A stretch of 64,000 nucleotides of DNA from Hypanus sabinus (GCF_030144855.1 NC_082720.1:79732001-79796000); one strand, 5' to 3'; positions 1-12,275 are shown, counted from the first letter of the stretch. Numbers and translations: made by a program. The notes: generated by a model not told the origin, from the letters alone.

Positions 1-848
1 TCATTTTCAGCTAGCTCTGATAGAAAGGCCATATCATTTGCATGCCTAATACCACAGTCTCAAATTGGTACTCTATTCCAAGCTCCATCGTAGCAAAAGA
101 GTAAAAGATGGACAAAGTAAAATTATGAAGGAAGCTCTCAAAGCCTTCTTGAAAATATGTAATATGCTCACTCACTCCAGGGAATTGCTATCCGTAATCA
201 AATAGAAGAAGCATTTGGAGAACACTAAGAACTTCAATGAAGGTATAGTGAAAACTGTATAAACTGCACAGCCTCCCATACTGCCTACTTGCCATCCTAT
301 TAAGTATCTTCTATCATCTAAGTGGCAGAATCTATGCATTGCACATAGGATTTCAGAGAACACAAAAGCTACTCATCTAGAGCGGAAGCCAGACGTCCAT
401 GACCCCAAGAGACTGTCTGCGAAAACCAGGCCTGGTATCAAATTACTGTTCACTCTGCACACTTCTAGTATGCATGTATGCAACTTGTGCTGTTGCTTTT
501 ACCAAAGTAGATTAAGTGCTTTGTACAACAAAAATTGCATAGATTTGTCAAAGGAAATTTGTACCTATTATGTTTAATTAACAGGCATTATGGTGCTGAA
601 TTATGTGCCCTTTTGTATCTTAGGCAGTTTTCATTAGCTGTAGATTGTCACTGTGGTTTATGATGTCACAGATGTCCTCCAGAATGTGGTATGCTAGAAC
701 AGAACATGATGGACTCTGAGAAAAAAAACTTTGTGGGCTTCAGACATTGAGCTGAATACTGAATGCATGTTTGAAATTACTTTGCAGTATTGTCTGATAT
801 ATTCCAAAAACCAACACAATGATGTTTATATTATGCCAGTTAAGATTA

Positions 849-1160
<312 letters not shown>

Positions 1161-1241
1161 TTAAGCAATTTAAAAACAAATCATGATTAATATTTAAAAT
1201 GGATCGGGCAATTGATTTTGTAGACTAATAATTATTTTAAA

Positions 1242-1522
1242 ACATAGAAACATATAAAACCTACAGCACAATACAGTCCCTTCAGCCCACAATGCTGTGT
1301 CGAACATGTACTTACTTTAGAAATTACCTAGGGTTACCCATAGCCCTCTATTGTTCTAAGCATGTACCTATCCAGGAACCTCTTAAAAGATCCTATTGAT
1401 TCTGCCTCTCCCACAGTCGCTGGCAGCCCATTCCACGCACTCACCACTCTCTATGTAAAAAACTTACTCCTGACATCCCCTCTGTACCTTCTTCCAAGCA
1501 GCTTAAAACTGTGCCCTCTCAT
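1242..1522 (-). mobile_element. CR1 LINE 3' fragment
   Basis: Reverse complement of the CR1 ORF2 end, 3'UTR and ttctatg tail also seen at about 55450-55637. Boundaries approximate. Confidence 0.8.
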
Positions 1523-1864
1523 TTTAGTCATATTACTTTTATTTTACTATGATTTTCTTTTCCTTTTATTATACTTAGCAGTACGTAATATTATTTTTAA
1601 CTGAAAAAGCACAGAAACAAGATGTTCCTAAATATCCAGAAAATAGGTTGACTTACTTTTCACTCTGGATTTTATATTCCTAGAATTTCATATAGGACTC
1701 TTATGGTCAGGAGAAGAATATTACAGCACCAATCAGAACAATTTTAGAAATGGACAGAATTAATCCCTTATTACTTATTAGTTTTATAGAAAGTCTTGAA
1801 AAGCAAAGGAAACTAACAGTGCATTGGGAAAATATATACATTAATCAGAAAACAGTAAAATCTG

Positions 1865-2043
1865 TAAAAACAATGTTTCGGGCTGAAACCCTTCCCGAAA
1901 CGTCGTCACTATGCTCCTGATGAAAGGTTTTGGCCCGAAACGTTGTCACTACCTCCTCCCATAGATGCTGTCTCGCCTGCTGAGTTCTGCCAGCATTTTG
2001 TGTTTTTATTTATTTCCAGCATCTGCAGATTCACTCATGTTGC
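1865..2043 (+). mobile_element. Penelope-like element terminal-repeat fragment with a degenerate hammerhead-like core, flanked by a 12-bp direct repeat
   Basis: CTGATGA(1917-1923)...GAAAC(1937-1941); partial tandem and inverted copies at 1875-1911; flanking direct repeat CAGTAAAATCTG at 1853-1864 and 2044-2055. Confidence 0.7.
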
Positions 2044-2191
2044 CAGTAAAATCTGAAACTTGTTTTCTATTAGAACTACATACAATTTACTAACATAAAC
2101 ATCAAACCCAACAGAACACAGGCCTAATAGTTTAGATTCTAAATCACCATACACAATGATATGCAAACAGACATAGTAAAGGTTGCCATAC

Positions 2192-2344
2192 CAGCCACAG
2201 TACGAGCAGGGACAGATTCTTTGTTTATCCAGAACACAACTTGAGACAAAACTACAGTCATGGTGCATGGGATGTAAGTCTGAGTGAGATAATAGCCTAG
2301 TTTTCTCTGTAGCAAAAAATAGACTATCTGCATGGAATATTCAC
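2192..2344 (-). CDS. GABRA6: GABRA6 exon 7B (duplicated, divergent M1 exon; candidate mutually exclusive exon)
   Basis: tttcag|GTGAA...GCTG|gtatgg; 153 nt, same phase as 7A, no stops; [51 protein letters not shown](G). Confidence 0.85.
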
Positions 2345-2429
2345 CTGAAATGGATAAATGTTGATGGTAAATAAACAAAGACTGGACAATGAATACAGTG
2401 GAAACAAGATATGGTAGATCAAGGCATAC

Positions 2430-2582
2430 CGAAAACTGTTCTAGCTGGGACTGACTCCTTATTAATCCAGAATGACACTTGAGAGAGAATTACTGTCATA
2501 ATGCATGGAATGTAAGTCTGAATCATAAAGTATCCCATCTTCCTTTTTAAGTGAAAATACACTGTCATCACTATGTATTCAC
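2430..2582 (-). CDS. GABRA6: GABRA6 exon 7A (canonical M1 exon)
   Basis: aacag|GTGAA...TTCG|gtatgc; 153 nt; [51 protein letters not shown](G). Missed by the ORF track. Confidence 0.96.
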
Positions 2583-4049
2583 CTGTTTAAAGACAAATGT
2601 GAATATTTTTGTCATCAAAACATTAAAATGTACATATTTGTTCTCTGTACATGGATTACCATACTGCAGATTCTGCAATGAAATAAAAGAAGCAAAATGA
2701 AAGTAGAAATTACAGCACAGAAATAAAGAAAAATATAATTGCAAGTGATTAAGTCCCAACTTAGTTTTGCATCTATCCTTACTATATGTAATACATAGCA
2801 TGCTTTCTTATTACATTATGATGATTGAATATGCACAGCTGTATCATATATATATATATATGTTTTAGAACTGTATTAAAGAATACTGTAATAGGGTGGC
2901 AACTTTATGTCTTTCAGTATGTGTTATTTATATCTGCTGCATCTTTCCTGAGATAAGGGACAATCAAACAGAATTATATTGTTAATACCAAAAATAAATC
3001 AGATCCATTGGACTGTTTAGCTGTAAGTTACAGGATGTTTCCGTTCTCAGTTGCAAAATAATATAGATACAAAAAGGAAATTACAATTAATAATTATTTT
3101 AAACTTATACAGTGTATCATTTTAAGAACATAATTTTAACTTTGTACAGATCAACATTTTAGGATATCTTCATCAGTCAATGTTAAAATACCATTTAATT
3201 TGAATATTATATTTCAATTAATTGTATCTTTCAACCAACTACTGGTTATCTCCTCAGCAGTGATAAAAAATATCAGTCACATCATCTATAAGACAGTTTG
3301 AATGCTGAAAAGAATGTTGTTAAATGTAGCCTACTATAAATAAGCAATTTTCTTTTACATTAGGTGACATTTTCCATGCAACATATTTTCCTATCAGAAT
3401 CACCTCATAACATGACAGGTCAAATGAGGTATATTACAAAAGCTCCTCTGCTTAATTATGCAATTTAACATCAATTTACAATGATTGGAATCTGCTGTTG
3501 ATTAATGTATGTCTTTTACTGGGGGCAGTAAATTATCACATTGAAATGTTAAATAAATATCTATTTCATGATTGTATAGCTTAGAAAAATAAATTCTGTT
3601 ACATTTCCACATATAATTTTGACAGTTATATTCAACTTTAATGGAATACTAGTATTGCAAAGATGCAGCAAACATTAAAAATATTTTTTAAAACTGTAAA
3701 GTGCATCCACTACTGTAATCTACACTCTATGTCATTTATATGTTTAACAAGATTTAATTTTGATTTTGTTGTAAAATAAAACTGGTGTACATGATTACTC
3801 AGCAATTCCAAGTACTGTAGTTGCCTCCCATCTGGAAGTATACTACTTAAATCAAATTTTTATTAAATGGCAAGTGCTTATTATAAAATAGGATTACTTT
3901 GGTAGGAATGTAGCTCTAGACAATAATGTATCTTGTATTTGAATGACCATGAATAACATTTGCACTACACAAGGATCTACATGTTAGGTCAGTCCAGAAA
4001 TGATCCAGGATGAGACAGAAAATTAGATTTGCTCAAAATTAGATACAAA

Positions 4050-4950
4050 ATGATGGGTTGTTTTTCAGTTTGGAGACTTATAACCAGTCGTGTGTCATAG
4101 GGATTAGTGCTGGTCCTTCATTTTTGTCAGTTAATGATTTTGAAGAGAATATAGGCATTATAATAAATAATTTTGCAGGTGACACAAACATTGGTCAGTA
4201 GTTTAAGGTTTCATTAAGATCTGGACCAACTGGAAAAGTGAGCAAACGAATGGTTGGTAAAATTTAACTCAAACAAGTGCGAAGTTATGTATTTTTGGAA
4301 GTTAAAACAGTCCACGACAAACAGTAAGGCCCCTGGGGAATTGAATGGTGAGTTATTAAAGTTCAAATGCATAGATCCCTCAATGCAATGACACAGGTAG
4401 AGAGCTGAAGCAGTTGCGTGGTATGTTTGCCCTCATTGGCAAATGAAGGCAAGCATACCACATACCTTTACTTATTATATGAGAGTTCAGTTGTCAAATT
4501 ACTCTTGTGTAAATAATTAGTGAGGCCACAGTTGGGAATAATATGTGTAGTTGTGGTCGCCATGTTGTAGGAAGGATATGATTGAGTTAGAGAGGGTGCA
4601 GGAAAGACACACAGGAATATTGCCTGAACTGGAGGGCTTGAGTTATGAAGAGGAAATTGATAGGCTGAGATTGTTCTCTCTAGAACAAAGGAGGCTTAGT
4701 GGTGGTCTTATAGAGGTTTATAAAATTAAGGGCAGCATAGATTGTCATGGCCTTTTTTTCCCCAAGGTAGGGGAGTCTACAACAAAAAGACAGGTTTTAT
4801 CTGAGAAGGGAAAAAAATTAAGGGTATTTTGAGGAGCAGGTTTTGGCACATCGAGGGTGGTGCAGATAAGGTGGTAGTGGCTGGTACAATTACAACATTT
4901 ACAAGACATTTGGACAGCGATCTGGATGGAAAAGATTTAGAGAGGTACAC
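4050..4950 (+). mobile_element. Degenerate CR1 LINE ORF2 3' relic
   Basis: WSP..RKD..LERVQ...LEQRRL.GGLIEVYK motifs (ORF 4551-4832). Boundaries approximate. Confidence 0.8.
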
Positions 4951-6057
4951 CTGTATAACTCCATAATTTCATTGATGTTAGAGGTATGATGGCTAGAACT
5001 TGGGTTAATCAGCACCAACACAAAGTTTTAACCTGGAGACAGGAGTCAAATTTCACCATGGTAGCTAGAGATTTAAAATTGAAACAATTAAATAAATGCA
5101 GAATCAATGTTACTAATAGTAATCATGAATCTGTAGGTTTACTGTAAAATCCATCCAGTTCATTAATGTTCTTCTGGGAAGGAAATTCGGTTACTTTTTG
5201 TGGTCTGGTATATAAGTGGTTGAATTTTAATGGCATCCTCAGTACAAGAGCATATAGGCCAAGACATTTGTTGAACATGCATATCCAAATACATTCATCC
5301 TAAACTACCTGACGAGCTGACAATTTTCAGCTGGTCAAACTTTTAGAATCAAATAGGGAACTTTGTTATCAATAGAAATATAAACATGATGAGATTCCTT
5401 CGTCATTATGTTGAGGAATCTACTCACAGACCCTGGGGTAGGGCAGACTTGGGTAGGATTGGCAAGGCAATTTATTTCAGTGGATGTTTTGAAACAAACA
5501 TGATGGTTTAATCATTTAAAAAATATTTTGGATGATTTGCACTTCTTAAATTGCTGCAATTTTAAGTTGCTTAATTCTTATTTTATACTTTATACACATT
5601 TTTATACATATATCAGAGACCTTTCCAATTTTCCTTTACTTTTGTAGACTGTCAAGTCTGGCCTACCCATATGGCCATGAATAGGGATTCCATAATCAGG
5701 TTCAGGATGTCCTGGGGAAGTTCAGTTTTGACTATATGCAATAGGTATGTGAGGCACAATTTAGCATCTAAACAGAAAATTTAAGAGGTAGGACCTGATT
5801 ACTTAAATCTGGGCCATTATGTCGATTTCTCAATATGTTTCTCTTTGGAACACAAACTAGGTTATATATTGTTCTGTATTAATCATGTCAATTTTGAAAA
5901 CAGATATTAGAATTTCAAAATCACACATAAAGTCATTAATATTTTTGGACAAGGATACTATCAGCCAGTCTATCCAAAATATTGCTTCAACACATTTCCA
6001 TCTGGTTTTGAAGTTTAAAAAGTCAAAACATTTATCAGAAAAAGTAAATGCACTTGC

Positions 6058-6201
6058 CTGTATTGGACTTCATAGTTTCACTGGATACTGTTTGGCCTAC
6101 AAGGTCATACTGAAGCAGACTCGAAGATTCATCTGGTACTTCTACTGAGTACAAGGGACCCTTTTTCCAGGTGTAAATGATCTCACTTCTTGGATAGGCA
6201 T
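6058..6201 (-). CDS. GABRA6: GABRA6 coding exon 6
   Basis: ttgcag|ATGCC...ACAG|gcaagt (GC donor); 144 nt; (Y)[47 protein letters not shown]. Confidence 0.95.
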
Positions 6202-6904
6202 CTGCAAGTGAATGCCATGTTTCAGCTCTTGCTGCACCTGTATACCGATTTCTATTTTAAATGTCCTAGTAAACATCTATGTTCATCATTAGTAATTCAC
6301 AGGCACAGCAATATAAAGCATACCTTAGCAGCAAATACCAAACAAAATAAAAATATACAGTAGAACATATGCAAACACTTAAATTGATTCAAACATTCTA
6401 ATAGTTCTTTTCTACCAATATGACTTACTTAAATAACTTTGTTTATTCTTCTGGCTTGAAATACATGTATTTTTCTAATTAAAATGCAAATCATTTTAAA
6501 TCTGAGAAGGTACACAAACTGCAATTTGTGATACTTTCCAAATAATAAGGTCACTCTAAGCATTGTTTACAAAGATTTGACTTTGAATTAAAAATATATA
6601 TAGTTGTTTTATTGATCTATTAAGAACTAGCTCAATTTGTCAAGAAGAAAAGTTTGCTTCAATTGTATTGATTATTTCTCAGGGATTCCTTGCCATGTAG
6701 TTTTCACCAGCCTCTGGTTAATATTGGCATGGAATGCATTCACATAAAATGCACATCTTGAAAAAAAAATGTGTAAGATACAGCACAACTACTTTCTAAA
6801 AGGATCATCCCTCAAAGTTTACAAATGTGTTTGGACAACACAAACACATGCCTGGAGTAGTAAACCTTACTGAGAGCATTTGCTCAAATTGGTGTTCGCT
6901 TGTT

Positions 6905-7243
6905 CATTATGTACCATGTCGTATGATGTGAGCGATCATGGTCTCTCCATGACCGTGATTGTTCTTGGCAATTCTGGGCAGCGTCTTTACAAGATGGGTG
7001 CCCCCAGCCATTATCAGTACTTTTCAGAAATTGTCTGCCTGGTGTCAGTGGTTGCATAACCAGGTCTTGTGAAATATGCACCAGCTGCTCATACAACCAT
7101 CCACATGCTTCTGAGGCTTCATGTGACCCTGATCAAGCAGCTAAGCAGGTGCAATGCCTTGTCCAAAGGTGACCTGCAGGCTAGTGGGAGGAAGGAACAC
7201 CTCACACCTCTTTTAGTAGAGACATATCTCCACCCCACCACCC
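6905..7243 (-). repeat. Interspersed SINE-like repeat, copy 1
   Basis: Clearly homologous to 14806-15188 (shared GTGTCAGTGGT..CATAACCAGG..GCACCAGCT.CTCATA..ACCATCCA and GGTGACCTGCA.GCTAGTGG). Strand and class inferred. Confidence 0.65.
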
Positions 7244-7295
7244 CCAATTTGGTGATAACCTTCTAAACATTTTTGTCTCGCATACCACAGTGAGC

Positions 7296-7445
7296 ATAGA
7301 TTATAGGAGCAAAATTAGGCCATTTGGCCCATTGCATCTGCTTTGCCATTCCATCATGGATGATTTGTTATCCTTCTCAACCTCGTTCCCCTGCCTTCAC
7401 CCTATAACCTTTGAAACCTTTGCTAATCAAGAACCTATCAATCTC
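7296..7445 (-). mobile_element. CR1 3'UTR fragment
   Basis: Reverse complement of the CR1 3' end seen at 45025-45183. Confidence 0.65.
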
Positions 7446-7998
7446 CCTTTTATCACTGATTAGCGAATTAGCAACAAAAGTTATGGACATTTTAAGGGAA
7501 AAGAATGAGACCTCTAGCTTATTTACATGTATTCATAATTTTAATATCAATAAAGGTATAACAGACTCAGACTGAAATAAATGAAGCTTTTCAGAAAGCT
7601 GGCTAATTATTAATATTAATCTTTTTAAAACAAATGAAAAACAATATTTCTGAATAGCATTATTACTGCACCCTATACATAGGAAATGTGAATGGGAAAT
7701 TATAAGCTTTGGAAAGCTTATAATTTTATTTTCCTACCCTTGATCTTTCATATTTGATCAAGGGAAAGAAAATAAACACACTTTATGCTCAGTGAGACAT
7801 TTATTGCTGCACGATCAATGACAAATATCTGGCCTGTACTGTATTTGGTTGTTTTGGAGCTATACTTGTTGCACAAGTTTCATCAGTATGTCTACCCATA
7901 CTATCTAAATATTGAAGTGTACACCAGGTCTGCGAGGACAAAAAAACTTATCATCCAACGTCACATGTTCTCACGTTTCCTGTGATAACATCTCAGTA

Positions 7999-9836
7999 CA
8001 AGGGGGGAGGAAGTTATGACATGTCCAAGATGGCACATGCAAAAATTTTGTTGACATGTGACATGAAGTGCCTCCCCCCCCTTAACTATTTAAACCCCAG
8101 CCCCATTTTCTTGGATGCAGAAAATGTGAGTGAGAGTACTTAATGAGTACTTTGCTTCAGTATTTACCAAGGAAAAGGATATGGAGGACCAGGAGATCAG
8201 TGCTATATAAATGTTAGGGCATTTAGAGGTCAATGGGGAAGAAGTCTTGGGTGTCCAAAGGAGTATTATGGTGGATAAGTCCCCATGGCCTGATAGGATT
8301 TACCCCAGGTTATTGAAGGAAGCAAGACACAAGATTTCAGTGCGTTTGACCAGTGTCTTAGTATCCACAGGCAAGGTTCTTACGGACAGGCTCTATGAAC
8401 ATTTGGAAACCCATAGCCTAATTAGGGAGAGCCAGCATGACCTTGTGTATGGCAAGTCATACTTTATCAACTTGGATGAGATTTTTGACAAGGTGACAAG
8501 AGATATTGGTGAGGATGGGGCTGTGGATGTTGTCTACATGGATTTTAGCAAAGTGTTTGACAAAGTTTCTTATGGGAGGCAAATCCAGAAGATTAAGATC
8601 CATGGGATCCACAGTGAATTGGCTGTTTGGATTCAGAACTGGTTTACACTTAGAAGACAGAGGGTAGTGGTTGAAGGGACTTATTCAAGTGGAGGTCTGT
8701 AAGTAGTGGATTTCTACAGGGATCTATGCTGGGACCCCTACTGTTTGTAATGTATATAAATTACCTGGATGAAAATATAGATGTGCGGGTGAGTAACTTT
8801 ATGGATGATGTCAAGATTGGTGGAGTTGTGGATTGTGTAAAAAACTGGGAAAGAATACAATACAATATAGATCAGTTGCAAATATGGGCTGAGAAATGGC
8901 AGATGGAATTTAACCCAGAAAAACGTGAGATGTTGCACATTGGTAGGGCAAATGCAAGGAGACGGGTCACTATTAAGGACAAGCACCTTGCACTTAACAG
9001 TGTTGCTGAGGAGAGAGATCTTGAGATTCAAGTTTATAGCTCCTTGAAAGTGGCTACACAGATTGATAAGGTGGTTAAGAAGGCTTATGAAATGCTTGCT
9101 TCTATTAGTTGAGGCATTGAGTTCAGGAGGTTATGTTATAATTTATAAAACTTGGGTTAGGCCACATCTGGAGTATTGCATACAGTTCTGGTCACCCCAC
9201 TATAGGAAGGATGTTCAGGCTTTGGAGAGGATGCAGAAGAGATTCACCAGAATACTGCCTGGTTTAGAGGGCATGTGCTATCACTAGAGGCTGGACGAAT
9301 AGATTGTTTACTCTGAAGCATTGGAGGCTGAAGGGAGATCTGATAGAGGTTTACAAGATTATGTGATATATATAGAGTGGATGGAGAGTATCTGTTTCCC
9401 ACAGTTGAAATGTCTAATACCAGAGGGTATGCATTGAAGGTTAGAGAGGGTAGGTTCAAGGGGGATGTGAGGGTTAAGTTTTTTTACTCACAGAGTCATG
9501 GATGCCTGGAATACACTGCCTGGCAAGGTGGTAGAGGCAAATACATTAGAAGCTTTTAAGAGACGTTTGGATTGACACATGTGTATAAGGAAGATGGAGA
9601 TATATGGACATGGTTAACTGGTTCGGCACAATATTGTGGGCTGAATGGCCTGTTCTTGTTCTGTACTCTTCTACATTCTATGCTTTTGTTGTAAAAAAAA
9701 AACATCATTTGCTGTGTCATTTGGCCATAAAGATTATGGTTGGGGTCTGAAGAATTAAGGGGTGCCACTGCATGTCACATATCAATAAAATCTTTGCATG
9801 TGCCATCTTGGGCATGCCATAAGTTCACCAGCCCTG
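7999..9836. mobile_element. Old non-autonomous DNA transposon (about 70-bp imperfect inverted termini) interrupted by a CR1
   Basis: About 8000-8072 (...TTATGACATGTCCAAGATGGCACATGCAAA...ATGTGACATG) is the inverted copy of about 9761-9836 (CATGTCACAT...TTTGCATGTGCCATCTTGGGCATGCCATAA...GCCCTG). No TSD recognisable. Confidence 0.6.
8110..9685 (+). mobile_element. 5'-truncated CR1 LINE (RT domain and 3'UTR)
   Basis: VDVVYMDFSKVFDKV, LGPLLF, FMDD and RPHLEYCIQFWSPHY motifs with stops and frameshifts. Confidence 0.9.
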
Positions 9837-10179
9837 CACATGCTCCTCATAATTGCCTTTAACCATAAATGAATATGATTAGTATTGACATAAGTACATA
9901 ATATGATAGTTTCAAGGATGAATGTAAACGTACAATCAAAGTAAAACTCTTAATCATCTTGTAATACATTTTTGCAAGCAATCCCAGTTATGTTTTGTTT
10001 TGTGAGTCCAAAAGTCATGTTTCCTAATAGGAATGACTATCCTATTTTTCAATGATGGAATTTTTTAAAAGTAGTTGCAATTAAAAAGTAGCACGTTTTT
10101 CCTTATTTCCATTAAATTTAATCAATAGTTTAAAAATATACTCCAATTTTATTTTCTTTACTTTGCTTTATGTTCAGAT

Positions 10180-11950
10180 ACTCAGCAGCCAACCTGGATG
10201 GGTATGTCATCACTGTCATGGGCTTTATCAGTGTGTAGAAGACTGTGAGATCATTCCAGGTGTTCTCAAACCAGAAACTATGGATGAACTGAAAGATTCA
10301 CACCCTACTATAGTCCAGGACTGTCCCATTCAAATTAGGTGATCCTGATCTATACAAAAATTGAGTTGCAACTGCCATAAACTTATCAGGGATGTCAAGA
10401 GTCAACACCAGTTTTTACAGGGCTTGCATGCTACAGCAAGCCACAAAACAAATTCATGGAGCATCACCAACAACAACACATCTTATCCTGATGAGATTAA
10501 CACATTCTATGAACATTTTGAGCAGAAGGGAATTGGAGTCTCGCCATCCAACCTGACAGCCTCCAATGCACATGAACCCACAGTCACCTTTCAGATGTCA
10601 GTCTTCCAATGAGTGACTTCATGGAAAGCATCTGGCCTGGATGGTGTCCTTAGATCTTGTGCACATCAGTTCGGGTGTACCTGAGGAAATTTTTAACCTC
10701 TCACTACTTTGATTGATAGTTCCCACTGCTTAAAGATGATCACTATCATCCTAGTACCTAAGAGAAATATCTAGTGCACGTTGCCTGACATCCACCATCA
10801 TGAAGTGATTCAAGAGGCTGGTCATGGCACACATCAATTCCTGCCTCCCAGACAACCTTGACCCACTGCAATTTGTTATTGCCAAGAGAGGTCACAGCAG
10901 ACACCATCCTTCTGGTCCTACACTCATCTCCGGAGCATCTAGACAGTAAAGACGCATATATTAGAGTGCTATATATTGAATTCAACTCTGCCTTCAATGC
11001 TAGAATTCCAAGCAAGCTCACCTCCAAACTCCAAGACCTGGCTCTCAACACCTCCCTTTGCAACTGAATCTTTGACTTCTTGATCAACAGACCTCAATCA
11101 GAAAGAATATACAGCAACACCTCTGCCATGATCATCTTCAACACTTTGCCTTATAAGACTAAGTCCTCAGCTCTCTTCTCTACTTCCTGTACATTCACAA
11201 CTGCGTGGCCAGATTCTGTTCTAACTCCATCTGTAAGTTTGCAGATGACACAACTGTAGTGGAATGAATCTCAAATAATGATGAGTTAGAGCATAGGGAA
11301 GAGTCAAGACAGTTTAATGACATGGTTTCATGATAACAACCTTTCCCTCAATGTCAACAAAAGAGTTGATCATAGATTTCAAGAAAAGGGCAGTGCATTC
11401 ACTCCAGTTTACCTCATCAGTGCTGAGGTTGAGTGTGTTGAAAGTTTCAAGTTCATAAGAATGAACATCACCAATTGCCTGTCTTGGTCCAGCCACATAG
11501 ATGTCAGAGCCAAGATCTGGCATTGCCCCTTTGACCTTTGGCAATTTTTATTGATGCACCTTAGAAAGTATCCTGTCCCAATAATTCATGGCTTGGTATG
11601 GTAACTAGTCTGTCCAGGATTGCAAGGAAATGCTGAGAGTTGTGTATATAGCTCAGCAGATCATGAAAACCAGTCTTCTCTCCATGGACACTATCCATAT
11701 TTCTCATTATTTTGGTAAAGCAGACAAAAATATCAAGGCCTCTGCCCATGCTGGACATTCTCTTTTCTACCCCTCTCATCAGGCATAAGATACAAATCAC
11801 ATACCACCAGGCTGGCTCAAGGACATCTTATATTCCATTGTTATAAGACTATTTAATGGTCCCCTGATAAAAATAAACAGACTTTTGACCTCAATTTACC
11901 TCAGTGTGATCTTGCACCTTATTGTCTGATGCCTTACTGTAAGACTTTTT
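10180..11950 (+). mobile_element. Rex1/Babar-clade LINE relic
   Basis: YIRVLYIEFNSAFN, KFADDTTVV, WFHDNNLSLNVNK and VESFKF motifs, heavily disrupted. Confidence 0.8.
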
Positions 11951-11974
11951 TCTGCATTGCCTTATTGTTTTCTT

Positions 11975-12275
11975 ATAGATAGATAGATACTTTATTCATC
12001 CCCTAGGAGAAATTCAACATTTTTCCAGTGTCCCATACACTTATTGTAGCAAAACTAATTACATACAGTATTTAACTCAGTATAAATATGATATGCATCT
12101 AAAATCACCCTCCCAAAAAGCATTAATAAATAGCTTTTAAAAAGTTCTTAAATAGTTTACTAAAGTGCATTGAGTGGTAACTTAAGCTCAGTCCTAACCC
12201 CGGCACTTAACATGTCTTGCCCCTGGTGGTTGAATTGTAGAGCCGAATGGCGTTGGGGAGTAATGATCTCTTCAT
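11975..12275 (-). mobile_element. LINE 3' end fragment with (TAGA)n tail
   Basis: agatagatagatactttatt is the reverse complement of an AATAAAGTATCTATCT tail like the one at about 59632-59652. Confidence 0.6.

Noticed and set aside
2192-2582. Exon pair as an assembly artefact or a second gene's pseudoexon
   Set aside because: The copies are heavily diverged at synonymous sites, the flanks are unrelated, and no other exon is duplicated.
4980-5260. Possible old SINE relic
   Set aside because: Resembles an interspersed repeat but is too decayed to assign or bound without a library search.
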